Positions 36,253-47,519 of a DNA stretch of 64,000 nt are shown here, piece by piece. Source of the DNA: Anthoceros angustus (Eukaryota > Plantae > Anthocerotophyta); the NCBI GenBank assembly GCA_010909165.1, contig MU008189.1, positions 434,001 through 498,000 on the forward strand. The letters are read 5' to 3'. A model generated the notes under the pieces. That model saw only the letters and a list, made by a program, of their open reading frames with translations, was not told the DNA's origin and did not search any database. Every line of letters starts with the position of its first letter. The first letter of the stretch is position 1. The translations under genes were made by a program, and so were the position numbers.

Positions 36253-38265
36253 AGGCCAGGCTAGAAGGTCCTTGGACCTTGGGATTTTTAGGAATAAAAA
36301 TTGTCTATATAAGGTGGGGGATCCTTCATTCAGCAACAGTGGCGCAGGGAAGTGGGGAGGTGGCTAGTTCCACAATGGTGGCCGAATATGGAACGTACAG
36401 ATACAGGCCAGGGGGAGATAACAACCCTAGTTGCGGAGCCGGGGTTGACAGTGAGCTGAGCACTAGCAGAGTTGGAGTGCAATTGGAAGAAGACCACACC
36501 TTGGTACTGTGATTCTACAAGATTTCAAGGGGCCAGGCGAGCTGAAGTTCGGCACCCGGGCGGGACTGCAGTGAAGTTAAGTGAAGGAGCCGCATGCGAC
36601 GAATGAGGAGCTCCACAATGAAATTTCACGAGCCCAGGAATTGGACGAACCTCCGGAAGGCTCCGAAGGAGTGGAGGGGGAAGAAGGGCATGGGGACAGC
36701 ATGGGGGCCTTGGTGGCCCTGTTTGGGGACGACGGCAGCGGCGGAGAAGAGCCCCAGGAGGAGCAGGACGCGGCCAACACAACAGACCTGGAGGTAAGAC
36801 AGCCGCAACCAGTCAGGGAGGATAGAGACGAGGGTCCCGGAGGAGGTGAGGAAGGAGGAAACCAACCGGATCCGAGCCAGGGAAGGAGGTCAGCGAGGAC
36901 GGACCCCTAACAGTAGGTGGTCCGGGGGTTGGGGGTTCGGGACTTGAGGACCGGACCCTGGTAATAAGTTCGGACCTTGAGGTCCGAACCCCAGAGATGA
37001 GACCGGACCCGGAAGACCGGACTCTGGAAATAAGTCCGAACCCTGAAGTTCGGACCCCGGAGTCGAGACCGGACCCCGAGGTCCGGACTCAGGAGGTGAG
37101 GGGGAGCCCCCTCCGACTCACGCAAGGGGAGCAGTCAGTCGGTGGCCCTACTGGGAGGGGACCCACTCGCGGGCCAGGAGAGGAAGATGTGGTGGTTACC
37201 GCGGTTGTCAGACCGCCGCCGGTAGCCCAACCGGCTGTGATTCCGGAAGGAAAGGGGTCCCCGCGGATCATCCGATTGGTCTTGTATCGAGGCCAGGCTA
37301 GAAGGTCCTTGGACCTTGGGATTTTAGGAATAAAAATTGTCTATGTAAGGTGGGGATCCTTCATTGAGATGGCGCGGGGAAGTGGGGAGGTGGCTAGTTC
37401 CACAATGGTGGCGAATATGGAGCGTCTGGTCTGGGGGGAGATAACAACCCTAGTTGCGGGCCGGGGTTGTGATGGTGAGCACTAGCGAGTTGGAGTGCAA
37501 TTGGAAGAAGACCACACCTTGATGTGATTCTACAAGATTTCAAGGGGCGGTGAGTTCGGCACCAAGGGGCCGGACTGCAGTGAAGTTAAGTGAAGGAGCC
37601 GCATGCGGCAGATGAGGAGCTCCACAATGAAATTTCACGAGCCCGGTGGGCAGACCTCCCAAGGCTCAAGGAGTGGAGGGGAAGAAGGGCATGGGGGCAC
37701 ATGGGGGCCTTGGTGGCCCCTCTTTGGGAGCAGCGTGGCGGAGAAGAGCCCAGGGAGGAGGCGGGGCCAGCCAACACAAGACTGGAGGTAAGACAGCCGC
37801 AACCAGTCAGGGAGGATAGAGACGAGGGTCCCGGAGGAGGTGAGGAAGGAGGAAACCAACCGGATCCGAGCCAGGGAAGGAGGCTGGCTAGCGAGGACGG
37901 ACCCCTAACAGTAGGTGGTCCGGGGTTGGGGTTCGGGACTTGAGGACCGGACCCTGGTAATAAGTTCGGACCTTGAGGTCCGAACCCCGAAGATGAGGCC
38001 GGACCGGACTGGAAATAAGTCCGAACCCTGAAGTTCGGACCCTGGAGTCGAGACCGGACCCCGAGGTCCGGACTCAGGAGGTGAGGGGACCCCCCTCCGA
38101 CTCACGCAAGGGGTGATCGGTGGCCCCTCGGGAGGGACCCACTCGCGGGCCGAGAGAGGAAGATGTGGTACGGTGGTTACGCGGTTGTCGACCGCCACGG
38201 TAGCCCAACCGGCTGTGATTCCGGAAGGAAAGGGGTCCCCGCGGATCATCCGATTGGTCTTGTAG
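36253..38265 (+). repeat. About 1-kb tandem duplication (36253-37289 and 37290-38265) of GC-rich, TE-like sequence
   Basis: Both copies start AGGCCAGGCTAGAAGGTCCTTGGACC and end GGATCATCCGATTGGTCTTGTA. The second copy has many small deletions. Both contain GTTCGGAC/GTCCGAAC inverted motifs. Confidence 0.88.
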
Positions 38266-39032
38266 TCGAGCGAGCGAGGATTGGGCCACCCCCGATCTGG
38301 AACCAAGGTCATCCCCAGGCCCACCGCCGACGACGGAGATAGGAGGAAGGGAAGAAGATGGTAGGCGGCCGATTAGGGCGTACTGAGCTGGCCACCAACT
38401 CAGAATAGGGGTGTAATAAGGACGCCGACTTTGGGGGTAGTATAAGGGGGCTGAGGCTGCTCTAGTAAAGTATCTTTCTCTTGGTGTTGATGCCGCGTCT
38501 TCTTGCAGGCCCTTTGTGTGCCTTCTTGCTAGCGTGAGTCCTGATTCTTGGCAGCTCCCGGAGGCGATCAAGGTCCCGTGACGGACCCTAACGTGTGGTG
38601 GTGTGTGCAGGGAAGGGCGACCCGGGACCCTTGCTCATCTCGGCGGCCAGTCAGGCGGCCGAACGCGTGAGCCGAGGAACTGAGGCGGCAGAGCCGGACG
38701 GAGAGGCTGGCGGCGGAGAAGGTTCGGACAGCGCCACCGCGATTTTCCCAAGGATAATGAGTGAAGTGTGAATGGTGAGAGGAACGGACTAGAGGGACGA
38801 GTGACAAACTTGAATGACACGGACGCGAACGGGTCCTTAAACGTTTGGCCACGCCGGGCCTGTCCGGTGAATGTTACGGGTAGTTAGTCGTAAAACGATG
38901 AATGTGTGTGGAGTCTAAACGGTACTACGTGAGGTGAGAAACGATTGAAACGTGGCCAACGGAGCCTATCATTCTCTTGGGAACGGACCTCCTTACTACA
39001 ACAACACGGGATTGTGCGCGCCCGGCTGACCG

Positions 39033-39467
39033 TCAGCGAAAGTCGCGCCACACCGACATCAACCAGCCGTTGGACGACCGTTGTGTCCCCGACCTCAGCA
39101 TTGCCGCCTTCGCCGCTTCCACCTTCCCCCTCACCTTGAGGGTCTCCGGGACTACGCCCCCAATTTCTTCCACCGGGCGGTTGTAAACCGCCTTCAAGAC
39201 CTCCACGGTCCACCTCCTGGGATCCTCCCTCAAGCTCTTGGAGCGAACCTCCTTGTTGGCAACTGCCAGCATCTTCCTGGCGTACTCTCGAACGAGAGCA
39301 ACGCTGTCAAATGTCCAAACCGCACTGAAGATGTCCAAGTGCCATTGCTCCACCAGTTCTTCCGCTTCCTCCAGCCAAGGCCCGAAGTCGGGGTATCTCT
39401 TGGTGACAATGTTGCGCTCCACCAAGCGCCAGGGCTCCCATACCTCCGCTGCCTTCTTGGGTCCCAT
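39033..39467 (-). CDS. Hypothetical protein fragment in the repeat block (possibly a TE accessory ORF)
   Basis: Protein-like frame MGPKKAAEVWEPWRLVERNIVTKRYPDFGPWLEEAEELVEQWHLDIFSAVW; no family recognised. Confidence 0.35.
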   Translation of the reverse strand: MGPKKAAEVWEPWRLVERNIVTKRYPDFGPWLEEAEELVEQWHLDIFSAVWTFDSVALVREYARKMLAVANKEVRSKSLREDPRRWTVEVLKAVYNRPVEEIGGVVPETLKVRGKVEAAKAAMLRSGTQRSSNGWLMSVWRDFR

Positions 39468-39800
39468 CGCCGTGCTTTTCTCGCTTCGCTGTTGGAAATT
39501 GTGCCACGATACTCCGCTGCCCTTCCGTCGCCGCGTTGGCCGCTCCAACCACAAAGGTGAGCCGCGTGCGAGAGTGCCTGGGCGCTCGAAAAGACAACGC
39601 CAGAGAGCTGGGTGTCGGAGCGCGAGAGACTGTGAAAAGTGCCGCGGGGTCGTGAGAAAGAATGGCCTTCCTTCCGGCCTGTGACGTCGGGAGTAGTCAC
39701 TGGGCGGGAGGGTGTCTCTTCGCTGCCCGTAACTGTCAGAGGCCTGCATGGATTACTCCCGCCTTACGCTTCCGCTTACTCTGGCCTTACGCCGCCGGTC

Positions 39801-39928
39801 CTACTCCGGAGTCCTTCTGCCTACTCCGGAGTCCTTCTGCCTACTCCGGAGTCCTTCTGCCTACTCCGGAGTCCTTTTGCCTACTCCGGAGTCCTTCTGC
39901 CTACTCCAGAGTCCTTCTGCCTACTCCG
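39801..39928 (+). repeat. 20-bp minisatellite, 6 full copies plus a partial, with palindromic core ACTCCGGAGT
   Basis: CTACTCCGGAGTCCTTCTGC repeated head-to-tail, two units with a single substitution. Confidence 0.95.
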
Positions 39929-40072
39929 TAGTGCAGTCCGGAGTACTCCGGACTTATTTCCTCCTTTCCGCCTTATTTTCTACTCCGCGCCTACGAAAAA
40001 AAACAAAACCTAACTCATTTCTTACCCCAGGGAAGAGTCCGCGATCCACATGGTCATCAGCATCGATAGTAG

Positions 40073-40350
40073 TCATTCAAGAGTGCGGTCGAGCGACTCG
40101 TCTATGCCTTGTGCCGATACTGAGTCAAGGACCACCACCAAATTCCGAAGTCGGTCCATATCCTCTGCGTCAAAGCTGTCATTCTCCTCCAATGCTTGCT
40201 CGTATTCATTAGTATAATTCTTGGGCTGAGCTTCGGACGGTGTCGACTGCCACATAACATTTAGGGTCTGCTGACCCTCATCCAGAGCTTGCCAATCGTG
40301 GTCTTCAACCTTCTGGCATTCAATGCAACCACTTGGGCTTTACAGCAATG
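40073..40350 (-). pseudogene. Diverged, inverted fragment homologous to the C-terminal extension of the methyltransferase ORF at 42714-43442
   Basis: KAQVVALNARRLK...LDEGQQTLNVMW...EQALEENDSFDAEDMDRLRNLVVVLDSVSAQ aligns with QAQVVPLGFNRMK...LDDGQRTLSAVW...ENAMQENDNFEDPDHALLRNVDVVLDSVSGQ. Confidence 0.8.
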
Positions 40351-40411
40351 CCAGCGTCCTTTAAATGAACAAAGTTGGTTGCCCATGCGCCCATGCAAGC
40401 GTCCTTAAAAT

Positions 40412-41794
40412 CAACAAAGTTGTGTTATTAAGAAGATGTAGGTTTCGAACATGGAACCTCCACATTACTACACCATAATTTCCCAACCACTTGACCAACT
40501 TTTCGCAAAATTCGAGCCGCTAAATATTGATTTTCTTAAAGATGCCCATGAGGAGGTGTGCTAGGGGAGGCGCCGGCCGCGCCCATGAGGAGGTGTGCTA
40601 GGGGAGGCGGCCGGGTGCCCATGGGCAAGGCGGGCGTGTTGGGGCGCCGGCCGCGCCCATGAGGAGGTGTGCTAGGGGAGGCGGCCGGGCGCCCTCCCTA
40701 GATCCACCGCATGCACCGACGGTGGTTCTTAGGGAGGCGCCGGCGCCTCCTGCACCATCCTACGGTGCATGCGGGTGAAGCTAGGGGGACAAGAAGGAAC
40801 GCAGTATCCTATCACCGACGGAAGATGTGGCCCATTTGCGGGAAGGGTTAAAAGATTTGCGTCCATAGGTGACTGAAGAGTACAAGTGGTGGGAAGCCTT
40901 TGGGTGGACCAAGGAGATTGCTATCATTGTGGAGAATAACATTGGGCTAGTGCTACAACGTCCTTAGAAGTGGTTTCACGTGCGAAGTGGATCACTGACC
41001 ACTTCAAGAGCGGATGAAGCTTTGCTAGATGAGGCATTATTGAGGACCTCCACGGTGATATGTACTTGGGGGCATATCAAAATGCCGGAAGGCAACAAAG
41101 TTGTGTTATTAAGAAGATGTAGGTTTCAACATGGAACCTCCACATTACTACACCATAATTTCCCAACCACTTGACCAACTTTCAAAAATTCGAGCCGCTA
41201 AATATTGATTTTCTTAAAGACACCCATGAGGAGGTGTGCTAGGGGAGGCGGCCGGCCCATGGGCAAGGCGGGCGTGTTAGGGGAGGCGGCCGGGTGCCCA
41301 TGGGCAAGGCGGGCGTGTTGGGCGCCGGCCGCGCCCATGAGGAGGTGTGCTAGGGGAGGCGGCCGGCCGGCGCCCTCCCTAGATCCACCGCATGCACCGA
41401 CGGTGGTTCTTAGGGAGGCGCCGGCGCCTCCTGCACCATCCTACGGTGCATGCGGGTGAAGCTAGGGGGACAAGAAGGGCAGTATCCTATCACCGACGGA
41501 AGATGTGGCCCATTTGCGGGAAGGGTTAAAAGATTTGCGTCCATAGGTGACTGCTGAAGAGTACAAGTGGTGGGAAGCCTTTTGGGTGGACCAGAAGGAG
41601 ATTGCTATCATTGTGGAGAATAACATTGGGCTAGTGCTACAACGTCCTTAGAAGTGGTTTCCACGTGCAGAAGTGGATCGTACAACCTGACCACTTCAAG
41701 AGCCGGATGAAGCTTTGCTGGATGAGGCATTATTGAGGGACCTCCCACAGCGTGATATGTACTTGGGGGCATATCAAAATGCCGGAAGGCAACA
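40412..41794 (+). repeat. About 0.7-kb tandem duplication (40412-41092 and 41093-41794) with internal CCCATGAGGAGGTGTGCTAGGGGAGGCG sub-repeats
   Basis: Both copies start CAACAAAGTTGTGTTATTAAGAAG, with CAACA microhomology at the junction. Confidence 0.9.
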
Positions 41795-42305
41795 GTGAGA
41801 ATGGCGCGGATGAATGGAGACATAATGGAAATCCGGAAGGGGATGTTTCTGGCAGTGCCGTGCACTATGGACACGCATAACAGGCCATTCTCGATTGGGG
41901 AGAGTCATTGACGCGAAGCTAGATGCACCACGACCTCACTTTCTTATCCACTTGTATCGGACCGAGCACAGAGATGCGTACGAAGGGAGATATGTGTAGG
42001 AATACTTAGTCCGTCAGAGTGCTAACCCATCTGGTCTGATGCCGAGGAAAAAAGGGAATAAGGTCCATTACCCAAAAAACATACAGGAGGTGTTTGTGAA
42101 TGAAACAGCCATCTTGTATTATGGGTTTGTGTTGAACGCACGGAAACATGTGTATGCGGTGGACAAAAAAGCGATAAGGGATAAGCTCTGCGAGTTGCGC
42201 AGCTTCATATAGTTTGCGAGTCAAAGTGCCGCTGAAGATAGTGATGACAATGCTGGAGAAGGTGGACCAAGTGATGACGAAGGATTGAACTCTGGTGATG
42301 AGTGA
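41480..42305 (+). pseudogene. Stop-interrupted ORF remnant, possibly the C-terminus of a DNA-transposon protein
   Basis: Read through stops and one frameshift: EDVAHLREGLKDLRP*VTAEEYKWWEAFW...GMFLAVPC...RPFSIG/RVI...FLIHLY...YEGRY...ILYYGFVL, then an acidic tail. Family not firmly recognised. Confidence 0.4.
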
Positions 42306-42713
42306 AACTGAAATTACGGTTTGTCCCGGGGTCCCAGAGTGAATGTTGTACGTCCGGTTCCAGATGTCACTGTGTTTTGGAAATACCCTGTCCGTGGCTT
42401 TTGTTGTGTCCTTACAAAACCACATTTTCCTCCCAAAACTGAATTTACAGTCGTCCCTTCCCGGAAGGAATGGCCTTCCTTACCGTTCCTACTTTGCATT
42501 AATCCCATAGGTTCGAGTTTGCGACCACCATTCGACAGAAACATTGCTGGATGGAAAGTAAGAACTTTAGTGGGTGACACCCTTTTTTTCGGAGATGTTT
42601 TCCGGAATACCTTACAAACGCTATTTTAGGGCCCCATCAAAAACCCGCTTCAGAGATTATTTACGGAAAACCCCCTTCGAGATTATTCACCCCCTTCAAA
42701 AAATTATGATGTT

Positions 42714-43442
42714 GTGGGGTGTAACCACAAGCAGCAAGAAGAGCAGGGTTTCAATGTTACTAACACTGTCCTCGGCTCTTTCAACAATGGTCGTGCAGTC
42801 ATTGGGCACAACACTGTCGTCAAGAAGCTTGTTTATTATATGTCATTGGACAAGCTCGTGGTATGTGCTTACCAGAGGCCACTAGGGTTGATGCAGAAGA
42901 TGATCAACAACTATTCCAAAGAAGGAGACTGGATATTAGATGCATGTGCAGGAAGCGGGACGACGACACTAGCAGTGCTGCTATCTGGCCGGAATTGCAT
43001 CGCCATGGACTTGGACAAACGATGTGCGGAATTCATTCCCCAAAGGATACAAGGATATGAGGTACTTCCAGACGCTGAGGAGGAATTGAATCATGAGCCA
43101 CACCGACGGGGACCTGCCCAATTCTGGGCAAAGGAATTAAGCTTGTCCGAGAAGGGTCACTCGCAAGCACAGGTTGTACCTTTGGGTTTCAACAGGATGA
43201 AAGAGAAAATGGGGCAAATTCTAGATGACGGGCAGAGAACTCTGAGCGCAGTGTGGCATCCGGACTACAACACCGAAAGCAATCCTCCTGGTCTTTTGGA
43301 TGTGGAGAATGCCATGCAGGAGAACGACAACTTCGAGGACCCCGACCACGCCCTTCTCAGAAACGTCGATGTTGTATTGGATAGCGTATCTGGGCAATGC
43401 CCACCCGAGACTCAAGCTGCCGGCGAAGATTTCGGTAGTTAG
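42714..43442 (+). CDS. Beta-class DNA amino-methyltransferase (N4-C/N6-A, N6_N4_Mtase-like): C-terminal SAM-binding half plus about 120-aa extension; apparently 5'-truncated
   Basis: YQRPLGLMQKMINNYSKEGDWILDACAGSGTTTLAVLLSGRNCIAMDLDKRCAEFIPQRI follows the beta-class pattern (Q/K)P-x2-L...GD-x-(V/I)LDPF-x-GSGTT...GR-x2-IG-x-(E/D). No clear D/SPPY catalytic motif upstream. Confidence 0.8.
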   Translation: MGCNHKQQEEQGFNVTNTVLGSFNNGRAVIGHNTVVKKLVYYMSLDKLVVCAYQRPLGLMQKMINNYSKEGDWILDACAGSGTTTLAVLLSGRNCIAMDLDKRCAEFIPQRIQGYEVLPDAEEELNHEPHRRGPAQFWAKELSLSEKGHSQAQVVPLGFNRMKEKMGQILDDGQRTLSAVWHPDYNTESNPPGLLDVENAMQENDNFEDPDHALLRNVDVVLDSVSGQCPPETQAAGEDFGS

Positions 43443-44072
43443 GTTATTGGACATTTACTTTGTGTTGCGTAGCCAGCTTGGAAGCTTTTTCCGGGGCGCC
43501 GGCATGTCGGCATCCGCAAACATCCTCTATTATCTTTTATTGCTTTTTATGGCTGTGTATTGCTTTTCGAGTAGGTGTTAAAGCAGTCGAGAACCAGTAC
43601 CGATTGAATATCGGCTGTGAAAGACCATTGGCGGGCTTTCCGGCACACTACGACCATAACCGTGCGCACTCGACGAGAAAAGTAGACGATGCTGAATGGA
43701 AGGGAAGGAATGAAACCATCACCAAGAAAACCAAAATGTCTGAATCGCGGAATTCAGTGCCCACCTGGTTTTCCCGCAGTTTGTTTTTTTTTTCTGCAGA
43801 AGCGGCTTTGTTACAAATATTCAGCCGCTTCAAATATTATGCTGTCAGTAGGAGATCCATGGGAGGGATATACAAGAAGACGAAATCGGTGCGCAATTAT
43901 GTGGAATAATTTGCTTTCGCAACCAGCTACTGCTCAGTAAGAAAGGATGACGAGGAGGTAGCCATGGTCGGGGCCGGGCATCTCATTCAAGTGCCATGTG
44001 GCAATGAACCCTAACTTGATTGACATGGAATTGGACAACTGTTCCCAGAGAGCCCTAGCTTGAAGAAGGTAA

Positions 44073-46660
44073 TCAAAAAGGAGTTTCAAAGCGAGCATAG
44101 CCCGATGGTGTTTGACATGTTTGATATGACTTTTCTTCTTCTTCTTCTCTGTACTCTAAGTCGGGTAATTTGAATCGATACCATTTTACCCAAAAAAAGA
44201 AGAAAGCAAAACTGGCAGCAAAGAGATGAAATCTAAACATCAATAAATCATAAATGTTCCTCATCAGCTCCTAATGTAGCTTTGCAAGGGTAGTTACCTC
44301 TTTCTATGCAAAATTTGCCAATACGTTCGCCCAAAGTTTGCTAAGTTTGGTGAAGGTTTTGTTGAATTTTAATTTAAAGTTTTTCTTCATTTCAGTGACA
44401 AAATTTGCTCGCTTTCGAGAGTATTAGCTAGGTACCCGCCTATCCTACAATGGGTATTAGGCTAGGCTATCTCTACAGCTACTCTATACCTTATCTTTAG
44501 CATAACTACATAATTTTGCAAAAGAATAGAGTACCTAAAGCTCGAGCCATGGGAGAGTATTATAAAGCTCTCAAAAATATATTCTACCGCACATGGTGAA
44601 ACACAAAGAATTACAGAATCTTTTCAAACATGTCAAACATTGTTGAGGGGATCGGCTCCATAGCCCAATCCTCACGAGTAATACTGTATACTTGGTTGCA
44701 CTCCTAGAGCATCTCCAAGTTCTCTAGCTACTCTCATTGATAAATATGATAAGATATGAACTTCACTATAATACATGTTCAAGCTCTGCTGAGAAGTAGG
44801 TAACTTACTACGAAGTATTTCTTGTAACCTCGCACTCTGGACAAATATTTGCATGTACCGAAAATCTATGCATGTATTCAACCTGATGTCCTTAATGGTT
44901 ATCTCAAATTCCCCATATTGTTTCCAAATCATTTTCTCTCCCCTTTTTCCAATTTCTTGATAATATCCTCTCCACTTGTGTATAGTCTTGAGCTTTACAG
45001 ACTTGATATTGTATTTCCCGGAAATAGTGGTAACCTCATTGCAGGAAGAATCAAAAGGAATGTTGCATTTCAGTTTCTCCAGCAAAGAGTTACAAACTGT
45101 AGATGAGATGCTTTTAATTCCATCATAATCATCAATAAAAAGTTCACTGTAGCTTGGCTTCAATGGTACTAGTCTACTTGTGAGTGACACTCTCATATCT
45201 AATGCACCACTTTCCCTTGCTAAATTCATATGAAGAGGGTTTCCTGCTGCCAGTTTCACTTGAAAGTCCTTGTTCATTTGAAAATTGGCAATAATCTCCT
45301 CTAAGGATAAGGCACCCTTCTGGACTTGAGAGACAATGAACAGAGTGTTACGCGCTCGATTACTGTTGATGTCATAATATTTCACCGACATCTTCCATGT
45401 TGCTATGCCATGTGGAGCAAAACCACCTTCTATTAAAAATGTACCAAGATTAAGGACCGCAGACTCTCGATGTAGTATAGGTGAAAGTGGCTTGATGGTT
45501 TGCAAGAATAAGCTATTTGCACAAGTCCCTGATTGCCATTGCTCTTTAAGTTGTGCTAGTGAAAGTGTGAGCATGTTTTCTTTCCTCCATTCATTCATAA
45601 TATGTAGATTCACATTTCTCTTTGAAAAAAAGAATTGTACCAACTGTACATTCAATTTTAAATGTGTCCAATATTCTTGAGACTCGGCTTTTGCATTTTT
45701 CACATGTTGTACAATATTCTCCAAAGCTTTTGAATGGGATAAACACCAATCTTCTACCATGATAGCTCGTCCATTCATGTAGCTCTTTTCTATATCATTT
45801 CCACATCTTCGTTCAATATTTTTTACATTGGTTCTCGTATTTGTCTGTTTTGATGTACCACTTCCCACATAGTAGAATACATCAAGTTCTCCAACATGGA
45901 TTGGGTTTTTCAATTTCTTCATCACAATAGATACTAAATATTCATGTAACCAATTGCCCTCTAGCAGTGGGCGAAAATTGAAAACAATATTTTCTTCAAC
46001 ATGACTAGATTGGAGACAAGTCATACTATACTCTATTTTTTTCTTCCGATCTTGGTGCCCACACATGATTTCCCACAAGATTTCTCTCATTTGAAAAGTC
46101 GCCATGCTTACGTTTCTATCGATATTTCCTCCAATAAAAATAATTCCGTTATCAACACAAATGATTACGTTTTTCCCATTCCGGATTTTAGGAAGGCTAA
46201 GATCACTACCATTGTCGAATCCAATAATAAGTCCATCCTTCAAAAAAGTGGGAAAATAAAGTTTCTCATGATATGGGTATCCACGTTGCATAATTATTGA
46301 TATTTTTCTAGACTGATAAAAGCTCAAAATAACAATACAAGTAAGTGAGAGAATTACACTACTGCGTTAAAAATTTTAAGAGGAGGTAGAAACCTTTTAT
46401 ACTTTTTACATTAAGGTTTAAAATATCTTGTAGATGCAAAATAGAATCTTCTAGAATAAAGAAGACAAAAATAGAAGTGAATCTTAAAATAAATATTATC
46501 CAACAGAATCTTCACAAGTACCTGATTGAAGCCCATTAATGGAGAATGAAATGTAAAACTTCTCTTCACTCCTTCGTGGAAGTTCAAAACTCAAAGAATG
46601 TTTTGGTCTCAAAGCGAAAAAATGAGTGGACACAACAAGAGGGATTCTTGTTGCAAAAAG
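44073..46660 (-). CDS. AT-rich orphan gene: 551-aa open exon (44672-46327) with probable flanking exons; multi-copy, partly degenerate
   Basis: A long stop-free frame in AT-rich DNA, GT-AG-bounded candidate exons upstream, and a downstream segment with TAG stops. Homologous copies lie at 30.2-32.9 kb. No recognisable domain. Confidence 0.6.
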
Positions 46661-47519
46661 TCAAGTCAATTAATTCTGATGTGACTACATATATATAGAC
46701 ATATTTATCATTTGATTTCGATGTCAATATTATAAAATAAGTAACAAATACCTCAACAAGTTAATCTGGCTTATTTTTTTGTCTCGACTCAGTATCATGA
46801 ATTTATAAAATACATTGAGATAGTATGTAGCCAATCCATACCTCAAAGAACCTATAAAGATCATGTGTGAGTAGAGATTAGCCATGGATCACCACCTTCT
46901 TGGTTCCCAAGGGATAAGTTTCAATAACTTTTTGTCAAAATTGCAAACAACTCACATCTCACCAATTTGAGATACCTATTAATTGCGAAGGAAACCCATT
47001 TTACGTGGCTAAAACTTGTTGTGTTCTACTATGTCAAACCGTGTTTTGCTGTGTCGAGTGCTAGCGGTGCCTTACTGCAACTAGTAGCTATGTTCATTAG
47101 GCTAATTGTGCTCCAGTTGGTTGTTGTTTAGAGGGCATCCTAGTTTCCTATATATGAGACCACATGGAAGAGAAATCACCTCATATCTACATAACTATCA
47201 TATCGCGAGAAGAATGAAATCTATTAGGATTACCGAATTCACCTTGTGTTGAACCTATGGGACTCCAAATTCTTGTTTGAATAAGGATTAATGTATTTAA
47301 GTAAAACTTTACCTTATATATATATAAATAAATAAATAAAAGAAGACGAAACGGATACGTCATTGTGTGGAATAATCCGCTTTCGCAGCCAGCTATTCCT
47401 TGGTAAGGAAGAGAATTGACAAGAAGGTAGCCATGGTCTGAGTCGCATATCTCATTCGAGTGCTACGGGGTAGTAGATCTCATTCCGAGTACTACGTGGC
47501 AGTGAACGGAGTGAACATC

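Noticed and set aside
36581-37943. Acidic ORFs 36581-36910 and 37590-37943 as host genes
   Set aside because: They lie in a duplicated repeat unit, the frames are not conserved between copies, and no domain is recognisable.
39801-39928. 20-bp palindromic repeats as CRISPR or iterons
   Set aside because: No spacers and no replication gene; this is a simple minisatellite.
42681-42698. DYSPPS as the SPPY catalytic motif of the methyltransferase
   Set aside because: It lacks the aromatic residue, is unusually close to motif I for a beta-class enzyme, and lies in locally repeated GAGATTATT sequence.
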